In this document: positions 1-9,373 of the stretch, piece by piece | Numbering within the stretch: the first letter of the stretch is position 1 | Layout: each line of letters begins with the position of its first letter | Assembly (NCBI GenBank): GCA_963977445.1 | Contig: CAXBPH010000057.1 | Span: forward strand, 1-31,277 | Direction: 5' to 3' | DNA from: an uncultured bacterium | GTDB taxonomy: Bacteria > Hydrogenedentota > Hydrogenedentia > Hydrogenedentales > JAEUWI01 | DNA: 31,277 bases | Translations under genes and position numbers: made by a program | The notes under the pieces: generated by a model | What the model was told of the DNA's origin: nothing | The model's input: only the letters and a program-made list of their open reading frames with translations | Database searches by the model: none

Positions 1-426
1 GCCTCGGCGGTCTACGATAACCGCGCGGCAGTGACTATCACGTTGGCACCAAGACGTGATGGCTTCGTTCACCCGGTGTGTTGGGCCGATGCAGTCCCCG
101 GGGACTGCACCGACATGCGTGTGTTTTGAAGCAAGCACGTCGGTGCGGTGCCAAGGAAGAAAGCATCCCACGGAGGCGAACTTCAATCGTCGGGGCCGTC
201 CCCCTGAGGGTGATTGCACGCAGGGGGATCTCGTTCAGCAACACTACACTCAGGGGGACAGCCTCGGCGGTCTACGATAACCGCGCGGCAGTGACTATCA
301 CGTTGGCACCAAGACATGATGGCTTCGTTCACTCGGCGTATTGGGCCGATGCAGTCCCCGACGTTCACGATGGCACCAAGATGTGATGGCTTCGTTCACT
401 CGGCGTATTGGGCCGATGCAATCCCC
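1..426. repeat. Tandem/palindromic repeat region downstream of the TPR gene. 1-100 recurs at 261-360 (260-bp period), and a 62-bp subunit occurs at 38-99, 298-359 and 365-426.
   Basis: 1-100 and 261-360 differ at 4 positions. The third 62-bp copy overlaps the last codons and stop of the TPR gene. Internal inverted repeats lie at 90-109 (perfect), 101-118/135-152 and 192-212/245-265. The region may continue left of the window. Confidence 0.92.
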
Positions 427-3400
427 ACTACCTGGACCGTCGGACCACCATCACTTGGTAGGGTACCCAAGGCAAATTGCCAACCTTCTTTGTCTCCAAT
501 GCTGATCACCACCAGGTGGTTTATTCCCGCCTTCAGGGTTGCCTGAAAACGTTCCTGGCCGGGATAGACCCTGCGCTGCGCGCTGGCCTTGTGAATACGT
601 TCTCCATTTATCCAGACTTCCGTGCTTTCCTGATTGGTCGCAAAGCTGATGTCAATGCGACCCTCGGCCGTGGCCTCCAGTTGGGTATACGCACAGGCCC
701 CCTTAGAGTGTCCCAGTGTGTCATCGGCCAAAAGCAGGGTTCCGAGATTGATCGTACCCAGGGTTTCCCTGGGTTCAAGCGAAAGCCAGGCCTCAATCCC
801 CTTCGGGGCCCCCGATTCATCAAGCATTGATTTAATGCGCGTCTCTTCCATAAAGGCCCTCGGATCGTCGATCACCTGGGCCGGTGAGATGCGCCATGTT
901 TCAATCAATCCCGTCCACTGGAGCGCGTCTGCCCGTTGGCGATCATCGAGCGGGACGTCCTCCACCCACGCGGCGAGATCTATCGGTGTTCCGGTGTATT
1001 CCGCAAGCTCGGCGGCCTGGCCGATCCAGTTGGCCACCATGAGATTTCCCGAGCGATTCTCACAGGCACCCCGGAGGGTCCCGTCCAAAAGCGTCAGATC
1101 GGCGTCGCCCCATTCGGTTGCCATGGTACGAATCAGGCTGTCGGTATCATTGTAGGCAGGCGACAAACCCAGGAAGGCTGACAGGGCCGCCGCTCGGTCA
1201 CCCGAACCGGATGCCAGGGTACAAATTCGCGCCATGGCCTTGTCGTATTCCTCTATGCCATAGCCCCCGGTGACCATGCGCTGTTGGACAACCATCTCTC
1301 CCGCTGTATTGCCCAGTTCCTCAAAAAACGAAGCGAGGACGCCCCAGCTTTCGATGGACAGGGTCGCCGTTTCGGCGAATGTGAGGACTTCCACCGGATC
1401 GCTGGCTCCGGCCCGATAGTATGCACTCAGTTCCTGATACAGGGCGCTGTTGTCATCAGCGGGTTTGCGGAGCGCACGCTGGGCGAGCATTTCTTCGAGA
1501 AGGGCCTCCTCACCCGTCTTGGCGGCGAATAACAGAAGTTTGGAATTATCAACCAATGCATCGGGCTGTCCTGCCAGCAACTCCCGGAGGATATCAACAC
1601 CGTCCTCCAGTGCGCCCAATTCCGCGAGGCCCTCCAGGGCCTGAACCTGTTGCGTGGTATCGCCCGATGGCAGAGCGCGGACCCGATTGAAGAAAGAGAC
1701 GGCTGCCTCGACGTCCTTTGCTTCGGCGAAATAGTTGCCCAGTTTAACCAAATCCTCCCCTTCTTCCAGCGGCAGGGCGAGGAGCTGCTCCCGTTGCGTC
1801 GCGTCGAGGGCATCCTTCGGCAATTCGGTCGCACCCAGGGCAATCGCACGCACGACGATAGGATCGTCCGTAGAGGAGGTGGCCAGTGTTTCCTTCCATT
1901 GTCCTTCTTTGACCAGCAGACCGCCCATACGTGCGAGGGCTTCTGCATGCTGGGCCACGGGGAGCACCTGGATAGTTGCCTTGAGCTGGTCCATGGCACC
2001 GGCGAGATTACCGCTGGCCAACATGACCTGGCCCAGCATCGACAAGGCACCCTGGTCAGCGGGGTTTTCCGTCAACCTTGCGCCCAGTACTTCCGGTGCG
2101 ATGGGAAGATATACCGGCTTGTTCATCTCTCGATAGAGGTAGGTCATATCACGCAGGTTTATGTTTTCCCGCCAAACGGTGCGGGCGGCCTCTACATCGC
2201 CCAGCTCCAGGCAGCAACGGACGAGGCTGACGGCCATCTGGCCTCGCTCATCGGCATACGTTAACCCTTGCTCCAGGTAAGGGCGCGCCAGGGCGAACTG
2301 CTTCGCCTCCAGATAGGCGCTACCGATACGACCGGCGGTCCGGTCTGATTTGTCCCAGGCGACCAGCGCTTCCAACGAGGTCTGTGCCTCGGCGAGCCGT
2401 TCTGCCTGGAGCAGGCCCGAGATCCGTTTGATGCTTTCCTCACTCTCCATCCGGAGACTGGTGGCCCCCCCCATGGTGTCCAGTTGCGCCAGCGCCTCGT
2501 CATACTGTTTCAGGGCAAAAAGTATGTCGGCCTTTTTCTCCAGCAGATTTCGCTGGTGTGGGGTGACTTCAATGAGCGCATTCACTGCAGCAAGGGCAGA
2601 CAGCTTATCGCCAATGCCCAGGTATTGATCGACCAAAGGCATGACCACCCCGTAGAAGGGCGGATCTTCGGCGAGGGCCTTTTCGTAGAGGGCATCGACC
2701 GCCTGGCGTCCATAGCCCAGATCGCGATAATGGCGCACCACGTTGGAGATTTGGTTCTCCCGCTCCCAACGCTCGCCGTGGCGAATATAATTCCACATGA
2801 GGGCGATGACGTCTTCCAGACTTCCATACTGCACGGCTGCCTTAAAGACATCATCGCTATTGAGGTTCCGGCTGCTGAGCAACCCGGAATCTACCTGACT
2901 CACGCAGAATCCGTAGGCCTCTTCGTTGAAGCCGGATGCCAGGAGGTGGTTCAGGTAGTCGTCGAAGGTCTCATTGTCCTGTTTCTCTTCAAAACGTGTC
3001 TTGAGCTGATCCGCATAGGCCCGGGCGTGTCCCTGTTTGGCCACGTAGCGGGCGATGTCGCGGTCGAGTTTTTCCAGGTCATTTGCATCGATAGATTCTG
3101 CCACCAGATCGCGAATGGTCTGCGCCTGATTCTGACGCTGATGTTCAAGGCAGAATTGCACGGCCATGCTGGCCCGTTCACTAATGGGTTTCTCGGTTAC
3201 CCAAGCGCTATACATGGCAACGGCATCATCCTGCCGATGCAGTTCCGCAAAAATATTCGCCATGTCCCGTCGGACACGATCATCATTCGGGTTCACGGCG
3301 ATGGCCTGTTCAAGAAAGGGCAGGGCCTCAGCAGGCGCACCAAACTTCTGATGGAGACGCCCCATTTCCGCAAGCAGGAAGATGTTCTCTGGCTCCCGCT

Positions 3401-6400
3401 CAATCAGGGGTGTCAGGATATCCAGTCCTTTGCGGTAGGTGGTCCGATCATCCCGTATCAGGCTGCCTACCAGACCCTCTACCAACCCTTTTACTTCCAT
3501 TTGCAACATGCCCTGGACAAGTTCTTCAAAGCCGTGGCCCTGCAGATACATGTCCATGGCGATATTGTCCATATCGCGCGTCTTTTTTCGATTCTTCAGG
3601 TAAAAGTCTTCCGCTTCCGCATAGAGGCCGAAGTCACGTAAGCCCTGCATTACATTCTGAAAACCCCAATTGCCCTGTTGATCAGCAAATTTCCGCCAAT
3701 ACTCCATGGCCTTTTCGCGATTTCCGGCGCTGATGTATATTTTTGCCAGACGCTCCACGTTCCAATAATTGCTGAACTGGTCGTCGGCCGCGAGCTGCTC
3801 GACAATTTCCAAGGCGTTGCCCCGGTACTCGGCCATCTCGATCATGGTATCGGGAAGATTGCCATCCTGGCGGGACTTCATGATGTCCAGGAATTGGTTG
3901 GTGGCCTCTTCAAAGCGGTGCTCGGCCATAGCCACGTGGGCGGAAACGGACTTCGCGACTAAATCGTCCGGCTTGTCGGCCAATTCGGCTGCGTTAATTT
4001 CTTTGAGTTCATCCAATCGGTCCAGGGCCTTGTATTGGCTCGCCATCTGACGGAGCAGATTCTGATCGACATAGCCTTGGGAACGCATGAGGGGCGACGC
4101 ATACCATTCCGCGAAGACGGCGAGGGCCTCTTCGTCTTGCCCCAATTCCCGCAACACCGTTGCAAGCTCGGTGCGGTACCAGCTCTGATTGGGCTGCATT
4201 TTTATGACACGCTCATAGAGTTCCTTTGCCTTTTCGAATTCGCCGTCGTTACGAAAACGCCACGCAAGATCCTGTAGCTGATCGGGAGTGCGGGCCTGAC
4301 TCACGATGTCTTCTTCGATCTTGGCGAGTTCATCCCCTTTACCCATACGCTGGTAGAGACGGCGGACCTGCCAGCTCATGCTTCGATAGAGACTCGGACG
4401 GCTCTTGATAAAGGACTCGTATTGGGCGATGGCTTCTTTGTATTTTCCCGTGCGCTCATAAAGCTGGGCCAGGGCTGTCTTGGCTTTGATGTAGTGAGGC
4501 CGGAGTTCGCCCAGTTGTTGATAGAGGGCGATGGCTTTGTCTTCGTCGTTGGAAAGGGTGTAAATGGAGGCCAGCTGCTCATAGGCCGATATAGAGCCGG
4601 GCTGCTTTTCGAGTCGCTCTTCAAACTCCTTCACCATCTCGTCGGCCTTGCCGGCCTGGCGGGCATAGTTGTACCAGGTCTGTAAATCATTGTCGACGGA
4701 GGAGCCCGATGAATAGTAGTAGCCGTAGCTATAGTATCGGGAGCTGGTTCCCCCCTGGGCTTTACGCTCCCAGGCTTCCCGGGCCAGATCCATGGCGGTT
4801 TCATATTCATTGTCTTCGGCGTGAATCGCCGCCAGCGTGCTGAGGGCCATGGGATTACGCTGAAGGCCCGTCAATTGTTCTTCGAGCAGGGTGCGGGCCA
4901 GATCGGATTTCTCGTCCTCTTTGAGTTGGACAATGATTTCTACCACTTCCTGGGGCGGCATACCACGACGGGCCAGCTCACGGATGTGTTCTGCCGCGTC
5001 ATCGTAGCGTTCGGCCAACATGAGGGCCGTGGTCTCCGCACGAAGGACATCCCGCACCTGGCCGGGATAGAGGGCGCGTAAGGTGTCGTAGTTTTTGAGA
5101 ATGGCTTCGTAGTCGTCTTTCTGTTCGTAGATGTAATTGGCCAAATTGTAGGCGGAGGCGTCTTCCACACCCGCCTCGATAAAAGGTGTCAGCACGGCAA
5201 GGGCTTCGTCGTACTCCGTTTTCACCACGTGCTGGGCCGTCAATAGCAAGCCAAAACTCCAGGCCCGTTCGCGATCCCTTGCGCTTTCTGCCGTCGTGTA
5301 TCGCCCGGCTTCTTCTTCCATCCGGGCCTGGAACGCTGCTTCTTTTTCGCCCTCATAAAACTTGGACAACTGCTCCAGCGCGTTTGAGCGTCGGTAGTCC
5401 AGGTTTTGAATGACGCCCTGGCTACGCAGGCGATACATGCCCCCACCATAGTACATACCCTGGTTGTTGTTGCTCCCGTGCTGGGGCGTATAGAGGCTGA
5501 TACGATTACCCCGTGGAATACGGTAGGCATTCCCCGTGTCGGGGTCCTCTTCAAACAGCATGGTTTCAAAGAGCGTGGCCGCTGTTTCCATATCCCCAAC
5601 AGAGCTGTATCCATAGGCGAGGGATTGCAACATATTCCGGCGCACTTTGTCGTCGAGTTTGTCGGCTTGCTCATGGAGGGCGACGAGGGTCTCTTTTTCC
5701 CCGAACTGGGCGGCCGCATTTACGGCAATACTCAGGATCTGAGAATCTTCAGGATTCTCCTCCACGAGCCGTGTAAGCAGCGCGCGGCCATCCTCTTTCT
5801 TTTCGGCCCGGAACAGGAGGTAAATTCGCGCCAGGTCGTTTTCCTTCTGACGGGTCGGCTGGAGGGCGTCGATCCGCGCCAGTTTTTCCAGGGACTTGTC
5901 GATTTCCTGCTCCACGGAATATTGAACCGCCAGGGTATCGAGCACTTCCACGTCGTCGGGACGGAGTACGGCCATGGCCTCCGCAGCGGCCCGTGCCTCC
6001 TCCATGCGGTTGGTGCTTTCGTAGACCATGATGAGATCGCGAACCGCATCGACCGATTTTGGGTTGGCATCGACCCGACTCTTGTAGGTCTCAACAAATT
6101 CGTCGAGGCCGATGCTGTTCTCCGCCATACCAGCCATGGTGGAAATCACCTGGGGACGAATTGTCTCAAACTTTCCCCCTTGCAGGGAGTTGCGGTAGTA
6201 ATAATTCTGACCGGGCCGGTAATTGGGCGAGAACAGGTTGGCCCGCTGATAGGTCGGCTGGCCGCGCTGGATTCGCTTCACCTTTTTCTCGCGTTCTTCT
6301 TTTTCCCGTTCCTTTTCTTCTTCCTCAGGGCTGGGGCCTAAATCCAGCAGGGTTTGTAATTGCTCATAGGCGGTCCCCATGTCTTCGTGGCCCGCCAGAT

Positions 6401-9176
6401 CCTGGGCATACTGAAAGCGCAATTGGTAGTTGTGGGGATCCCGCTCCAGGGCCGCTTCGGTTGCTGCACTGGCCTCTTCGTAAAACCCGCCATCGCGCAG
6501 CGCCTTGGCGAAGGTGATATAGGCCTTGGGGTTGTCCGGATCTTCATCGACGATCTTCTGCCACGTGCTCCGGGCCTTATCGAGTTGACCCAATTGGGCG
6601 TAGACCTTGCCCAGTCGCTCGTATTCAAAGGCACTCGCCTTTCCCGATACGTCGATAAGCTCTTCGAAATAGCGCACCACCCGATCGAAGTCCTGGGCCT
6701 CATAGCTTGAGCGCACCAGGGCCTTGAGGGCATCACCCTTGTCGTCGACTGCGTTGTAGCCCTCTTCAAGTACACCAAGGGACCGGGTTATTTCGCCGTT
6801 CTGCTGGTGGATAGCGCTTAACTCCTGGTAGGCCGCCAGCTTCTTGGGGGTATTGCGCACCCGCTCCTGAAATTCATCGAGAAGCCGCTCCACCTTCCCT
6901 TCGCGCATGTAGATTCCGGTAAGTGAGTTCACCGCCTGGATGCGGGTATCGTCTTCCTGCGCCACATCGAGCATTTTCCGGAAGGCGTCTTGCGCCTCGC
7001 CCAGTCGATCTTCACCCATGAGTGCCTGGCCATATTGGCGATAATAATCCGGTTCATTGGGCTCGAGCCGGAGGGCCGTGCGGTAGGCTTGCAGGGCTTC
7101 TTCCTGTTTTTGATAGGTCATGTAAACCTGGCCCAAATCGAGTTGGGCCTCGGCATCGGCGGGCGACAGTTCAACGATTTTCTGAGCCGTTTCGATGGAC
7201 TGGTCCTTAAAATCGGCCCGGAGATAGATATCAAGCAGTTCGCGATAGTAACCGCCCGCACGATTGGCGTCGGCGGCGATGAGTTTTCGATAGGTCTCGA
7301 TGGACTGCTCCGTCATGTGGCCCTGGTTGTAGGCCCGGGCGAGGGTGTGGAGATAGTCGGAATTCTCCGGCTCGAGCTCTACGCAACGCTCGACCAGGGC
7401 CAGGGCACCGTCTTTGTCGCCGGCGCCGCCGTAGAGTCGTGCGAGGCGCATGTGGAGCCCGGCATCCTCGGGATTGTTCCGAACCGCCTCTTCCCATTCG
7501 GCTTTTTTCTCGGCCAGGATGCCCAGTTTTTCATAGGCGTCCAGCAGCCCTGCTTCGCCACGGTCACGGAAGTATTCGTTTTCCTCCTGGCCGGCCATGG
7601 TGTCGAAGAAGGGCACGGCCTCATCGTAGCGGTCCTGGCGCATGAGGTTTTTCGCATAGGCGTGGGCAATTTCCCAATTCTCCGGCTCTTGGGCGTAGGC
7701 TCCGCTCAATAGGGGCTCGGCGTCGGTGAGGTAGTCGAAGGTCTCCAGGATGGTAGCCACTTCGGCCCGCTCTGCCGCAGAACTTTCGTCGCTCAGCACG
7801 CCTACCCAGAGCGCTTTCGCTGCCTCTTCTTCGCCCTGCGCATGTTTCAGGGTCGCCAATTGAAAGGTCCATTCCTTACTTGGCTTCAGGGCCAGGGCCG
7901 CTTCGTACGCGGTGATGGCTTCTGCAGTGAACTCGTGGGTCTCAAACCAGGTTGCCAGGAGTGCCTGCTCGTTGGCTGTCGGCGTTTCGTCGAGTACCCG
8001 TCGCCAGCTTGCCAGGGCGGCCTCCGTATTGCCCAGGCGCAATTGGAGTTCTCCGAGCCGACGCAGATAATCGGGCTCCGTGGGATATTGCTTAATCAGC
8101 GATTCGTAGGTCGCGACGACATCCTCATTGCGCTCCATCCGCTCATAGAGGGTAATCAGATGTTCGTGGGTGGTGGCACGGCCGGGGTCCCGTTCGAGGA
8201 TCTTCTTGTGCTCGACCTCGGCTTCTTCGAAGCGGGCCATGCGCGTGTAGGTTTCGGCCAGCAGATCGCGAAATTCCGTATCGCCCGGGTCGGCTTCGAG
8301 TTTTTCGGTGACGTAGGTGACCAGCCCTTCGAGATCACCCAAATCCTGGTATACCCCAACCAGCCGGAGTTTCAGGTCTTCAAAAAGCCAGTTTCCGGGG
8401 GCGACTAGGTTCAACGCTGCTTCAAAGGCCGCAATGGCTTCTCCGTAGGCCTCTCGTTGTATGTGGGCACGGCCCGCAGCACGAAGGGCACGACATTTTT
8501 GATAGGGGTCGTTTTCGGAGAGTTCGACGATGCGGGTATAGGCACCGATGGCTTCTTCCCACATGCGGTTGTCTTCATAGATTTCGGCGAGCTCGGTCTG
8601 GGCGAGGGTATCGGTGGGATTGTCCTCGGTCATCCGCTTCCAGGCCGCAATGGCTTCATCGCGCTTTCCCTGACGCAGATAGAGATTGCCGAGAATGCGA
8701 ACGAGGTCTCCCCGGGTCTGGGGGTCAAGGGATTGCTCCAAAGCCGCGCTGAGGAGGGTGGCCGCCCGATCATCCTGACCATTTTCATAGTAGAGACGTC
8801 CCAGGAGGAGATCCAGTTCGGCGGCCTGAAAACCTGCAGCCTGGGCCTTTTCGAGGGTCTCGATGGCTTTTTCGGTCTTAAACTGTCGCTCGTAAACTCG
8901 GCCCAGCAATACGAGCGCGCCGGGCGCGGCCTCCCCTTCGGCGGGTGTGAGTTTGGTAATCCAGGCTTCTACCCCTTCAGCCTCGAGGTAGCTCGTGTAT
9001 ACCCGGTCGAAGGCACTTTCCTGCATGGGCGTTCGGGTGAGGACCTCTTCGTAGCGATCCCGTATCTGTTTTTCCCGATCATCCAGGGTGGTGGTGCCAT
9101 CGGGGGTGGCGGCGGAGGTGCCGAAGGCGAATGCGATGCCGATTACCAGCCCCAGAATTGAATTGCCCGTGCTCAT
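396..9176 (-). CDS. Giant (2926 aa) exported tetratricopeptide-repeat protein with a C-terminal beta-sandwich (PA14/galactose-binding-like) domain
   Basis: Uninterrupted ORF. N-terminal hydrophobic signal-like segment (ILGLVIGIAFAFGTSAA). Dozens of TPR-type helix pairs (e.g. AQLDLGQVYMTYQKQEEALQAYRTALRLEPNE). The C-terminal segment CAYTQLEA...VWINGERI...LKAGINHLVV...GWQF is beta-sandwich-like. Confidence 0.9.
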   Translation of the reverse strand: MSTGNSILGLVIGIAFAFGTSAATPDGTTTLDDREKQIRDRYEEVLTRTPMQESAFDRVYTSYLEAEGVEAWITKLTPAEGEAAPGALVLLGRVYERQFKTEKAIETLEKAQAAGFQAAELDLLLGRLYYENGQDDRAATLLSAALEQSLDPQTRGDLVRILGNLYLRQGKRDEAIAAWKRMTEDNPTDTLAQTELAEIYEDNRMWEEAIGAYTRIVELSENDPYQKCRALRAAGRAHIQREAYGEAIAAFEAALNLVAPGNWLFEDLKLRLVGVYQDLGDLEGLVTYVTEKLEADPGDTEFRDLLAETYTRMARFEEAEVEHKKILERDPGRATTHEHLITLYERMERNEDVVATYESLIKQYPTEPDYLRRLGELQLRLGNTEAALASWRRVLDETPTANEQALLATWFETHEFTAEAITAYEAALALKPSKEWTFQLATLKHAQGEEEAAKALWVGVLSDESSAAERAEVATILETFDYLTDAEPLLSGAYAQEPENWEIAHAYAKNLMRQDRYDEAVPFFDTMAGQEENEYFRDRGEAGLLDAYEKLGILAEKKAEWEEAVRNNPEDAGLHMRLARLYGGAGDKDGALALVERCVELEPENSDYLHTLARAYNQGHMTEQSIETYRKLIAADANRAGGYYRELLDIYLRADFKDQSIETAQKIVELSPADAEAQLDLGQVYMTYQKQEEALQAYRTALRLEPNEPDYYRQYGQALMGEDRLGEAQDAFRKMLDVAQEDDTRIQAVNSLTGIYMREGKVERLLDEFQERVRNTPKKLAAYQELSAIHQQNGEITRSLGVLEEGYNAVDDKGDALKALVRSSYEAQDFDRVVRYFEELIDVSGKASAFEYERLGKVYAQLGQLDKARSTWQKIVDEDPDNPKAYITFAKALRDGGFYEEASAATEAALERDPHNYQLRFQYAQDLAGHEDMGTAYEQLQTLLDLGPSPEEEEKEREKEEREKKVKRIQRGQPTYQRANLFSPNYRPGQNYYYRNSLQGGKFETIRPQVISTMAGMAENSIGLDEFVETYKSRVDANPKSVDAVRDLIMVYESTNRMEEARAAAEAMAVLRPDDVEVLDTLAVQYSVEQEIDKSLEKLARIDALQPTRQKENDLARIYLLFRAEKKEDGRALLTRLVEENPEDSQILSIAVNAAAQFGEKETLVALHEQADKLDDKVRRNMLQSLAYGYSSVGDMETAATLFETMLFEEDPDTGNAYRIPRGNRISLYTPQHGSNNNQGMYYGGGMYRLRSQGVIQNLDYRRSNALEQLSKFYEGEKEAAFQARMEEEAGRYTTAESARDRERAWSFGLLLTAQHVVKTEYDEALAVLTPFIEAGVEDASAYNLANYIYEQKDDYEAILKNYDTLRALYPGQVRDVLRAETTALMLAERYDDAAEHIRELARRGMPPQEVVEIIVQLKEDEKSDLARTLLEEQLTGLQRNPMALSTLAAIHAEDNEYETAMDLAREAWERKAQGGTSSRYYSYGYYYSSGSSVDNDLQTWYNYARQAGKADEMVKEFEERLEKQPGSISAYEQLASIYTLSNDEDKAIALYQQLGELRPHYIKAKTALAQLYERTGKYKEAIAQYESFIKSRPSLYRSMSWQVRRLYQRMGKGDELAKIEEDIVSQARTPDQLQDLAWRFRNDGEFEKAKELYERVIKMQPNQSWYRTELATVLRELGQDEEALAVFAEWYASPLMRSQGYVDQNLLRQMASQYKALDRLDELKEINAAELADKPDDLVAKSVSAHVAMAEHRFEEATNQFLDIMKSRQDGNLPDTMIEMAEYRGNALEIVEQLAADDQFSNYWNVERLAKIYISAGNREKAMEYWRKFADQQGNWGFQNVMQGLRDFGLYAEAEDFYLKNRKKTRDMDNIAMDMYLQGHGFEELVQGMLQMEVKGLVEGLVGSLIRDDRTTYRKGLDILTPLIEREPENIFLLAEMGRLHQKFGAPAEALPFLEQAIAVNPNDDRVRRDMANIFAELHRQDDAVAMYSAWVTEKPISERASMAVQFCLEHQRQNQAQTIRDLVAESIDANDLEKLDRDIARYVAKQGHARAYADQLKTRFEEKQDNETFDDYLNHLLASGFNEEAYGFCVSQVDSGLLSSRNLNSDDVFKAAVQYGSLEDVIALMWNYIRHGERWERENQISNVVRHYRDLGYGRQAVDALYEKALAEDPPFYGVVMPLVDQYLGIGDKLSALAAVNALIEVTPHQRNLLEKKADILFALKQYDEALAQLDTMGGATSLRMESEESIKRISGLLQAERLAEAQTSLEALVAWDKSDRTAGRIGSAYLEAKQFALARPYLEQGLTYADERGQMAVSLVRCCLELGDVEAARTVWRENINLRDMTYLYREMNKPVYLPIAPEVLGARLTENPADQGALSMLGQVMLASGNLAGAMDQLKATIQVLPVAQHAEALARMGGLLVKEGQWKETLATSSTDDPIVVRAIALGATELPKDALDATQREQLLALPLEEGEDLVKLGNYFAEAKDVEAAVSFFNRVRALPSGDTTQQVQALEGLAELGALEDGVDILRELLAGQPDALVDNSKLLLFAAKTGEEALLEEMLAQRALRKPADDNSALYQELSAYYRAGASDPVEVLTFAETATLSIESWGVLASFFEELGNTAGEMVVQQRMVTGGYGIEEYDKAMARICTLASGSGDRAAALSAFLGLSPAYNDTDSLIRTMATEWGDADLTLLDGTLRGACENRSGNLMVANWIGQAAELAEYTGTPIDLAAWVEDVPLDDRQRADALQWTGLIETWRISPAQVIDDPRAFMEETRIKSMLDESGAPKGIEAWLSLEPRETLGTINLGTLLLADDTLGHSKGACAYTQLEATAEGRIDISFATNQESTEVWINGERIHKASAQRRVYPGQERFQATLKAGINHLVVISIGDKEGWQFALGTLPSDGGPTVQVVGIASAQYAE

Positions 9177-9278
9177 GGCGAAACCCTTTCGTTTGCGCTC
9201 TCGTACTACCGCTTAAGGGACCGGTGGGATGGGATCCCCGCCCAAGTCGTGTGGGATCCAAAATTGCATGGCACCTGG

Positions 9279-9298
9279 CCCAAGCGTTGCCGCTTGGG
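9279..9298 (-). other. Intergenic GNRA-capped hairpin between the vWA and TPR genes
   Basis: On the minus strand it reads CCCAAGCG-GCAA-CGCTTGGG: a perfect 8-bp stem with no adjacent U tract. Confidence 0.5.
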
Positions 9299-9373
9299 GC
9301 GATATACCGCCACCGGTCACCCGATTAATTTTTACTCAACGTGTTAACTGCCCGTTTCATCCATCGTTGCCCC

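Noticed and set aside
1..426. CRISPR array
   Set aside because: Repeats are 62-100 bp with irregular 5- and 198-bp gaps, the intervening DNA is itself structured or repeated, and there are no cas genes.
38..426. Diversity-generating retroelement TR/VR pair at the TPR gene C-terminus
   Set aside because: Differences include both A/G and C/T changes on the same strand, so they are not adenine-specific. No reverse transcriptase is in the window, although the left flank is unseen.
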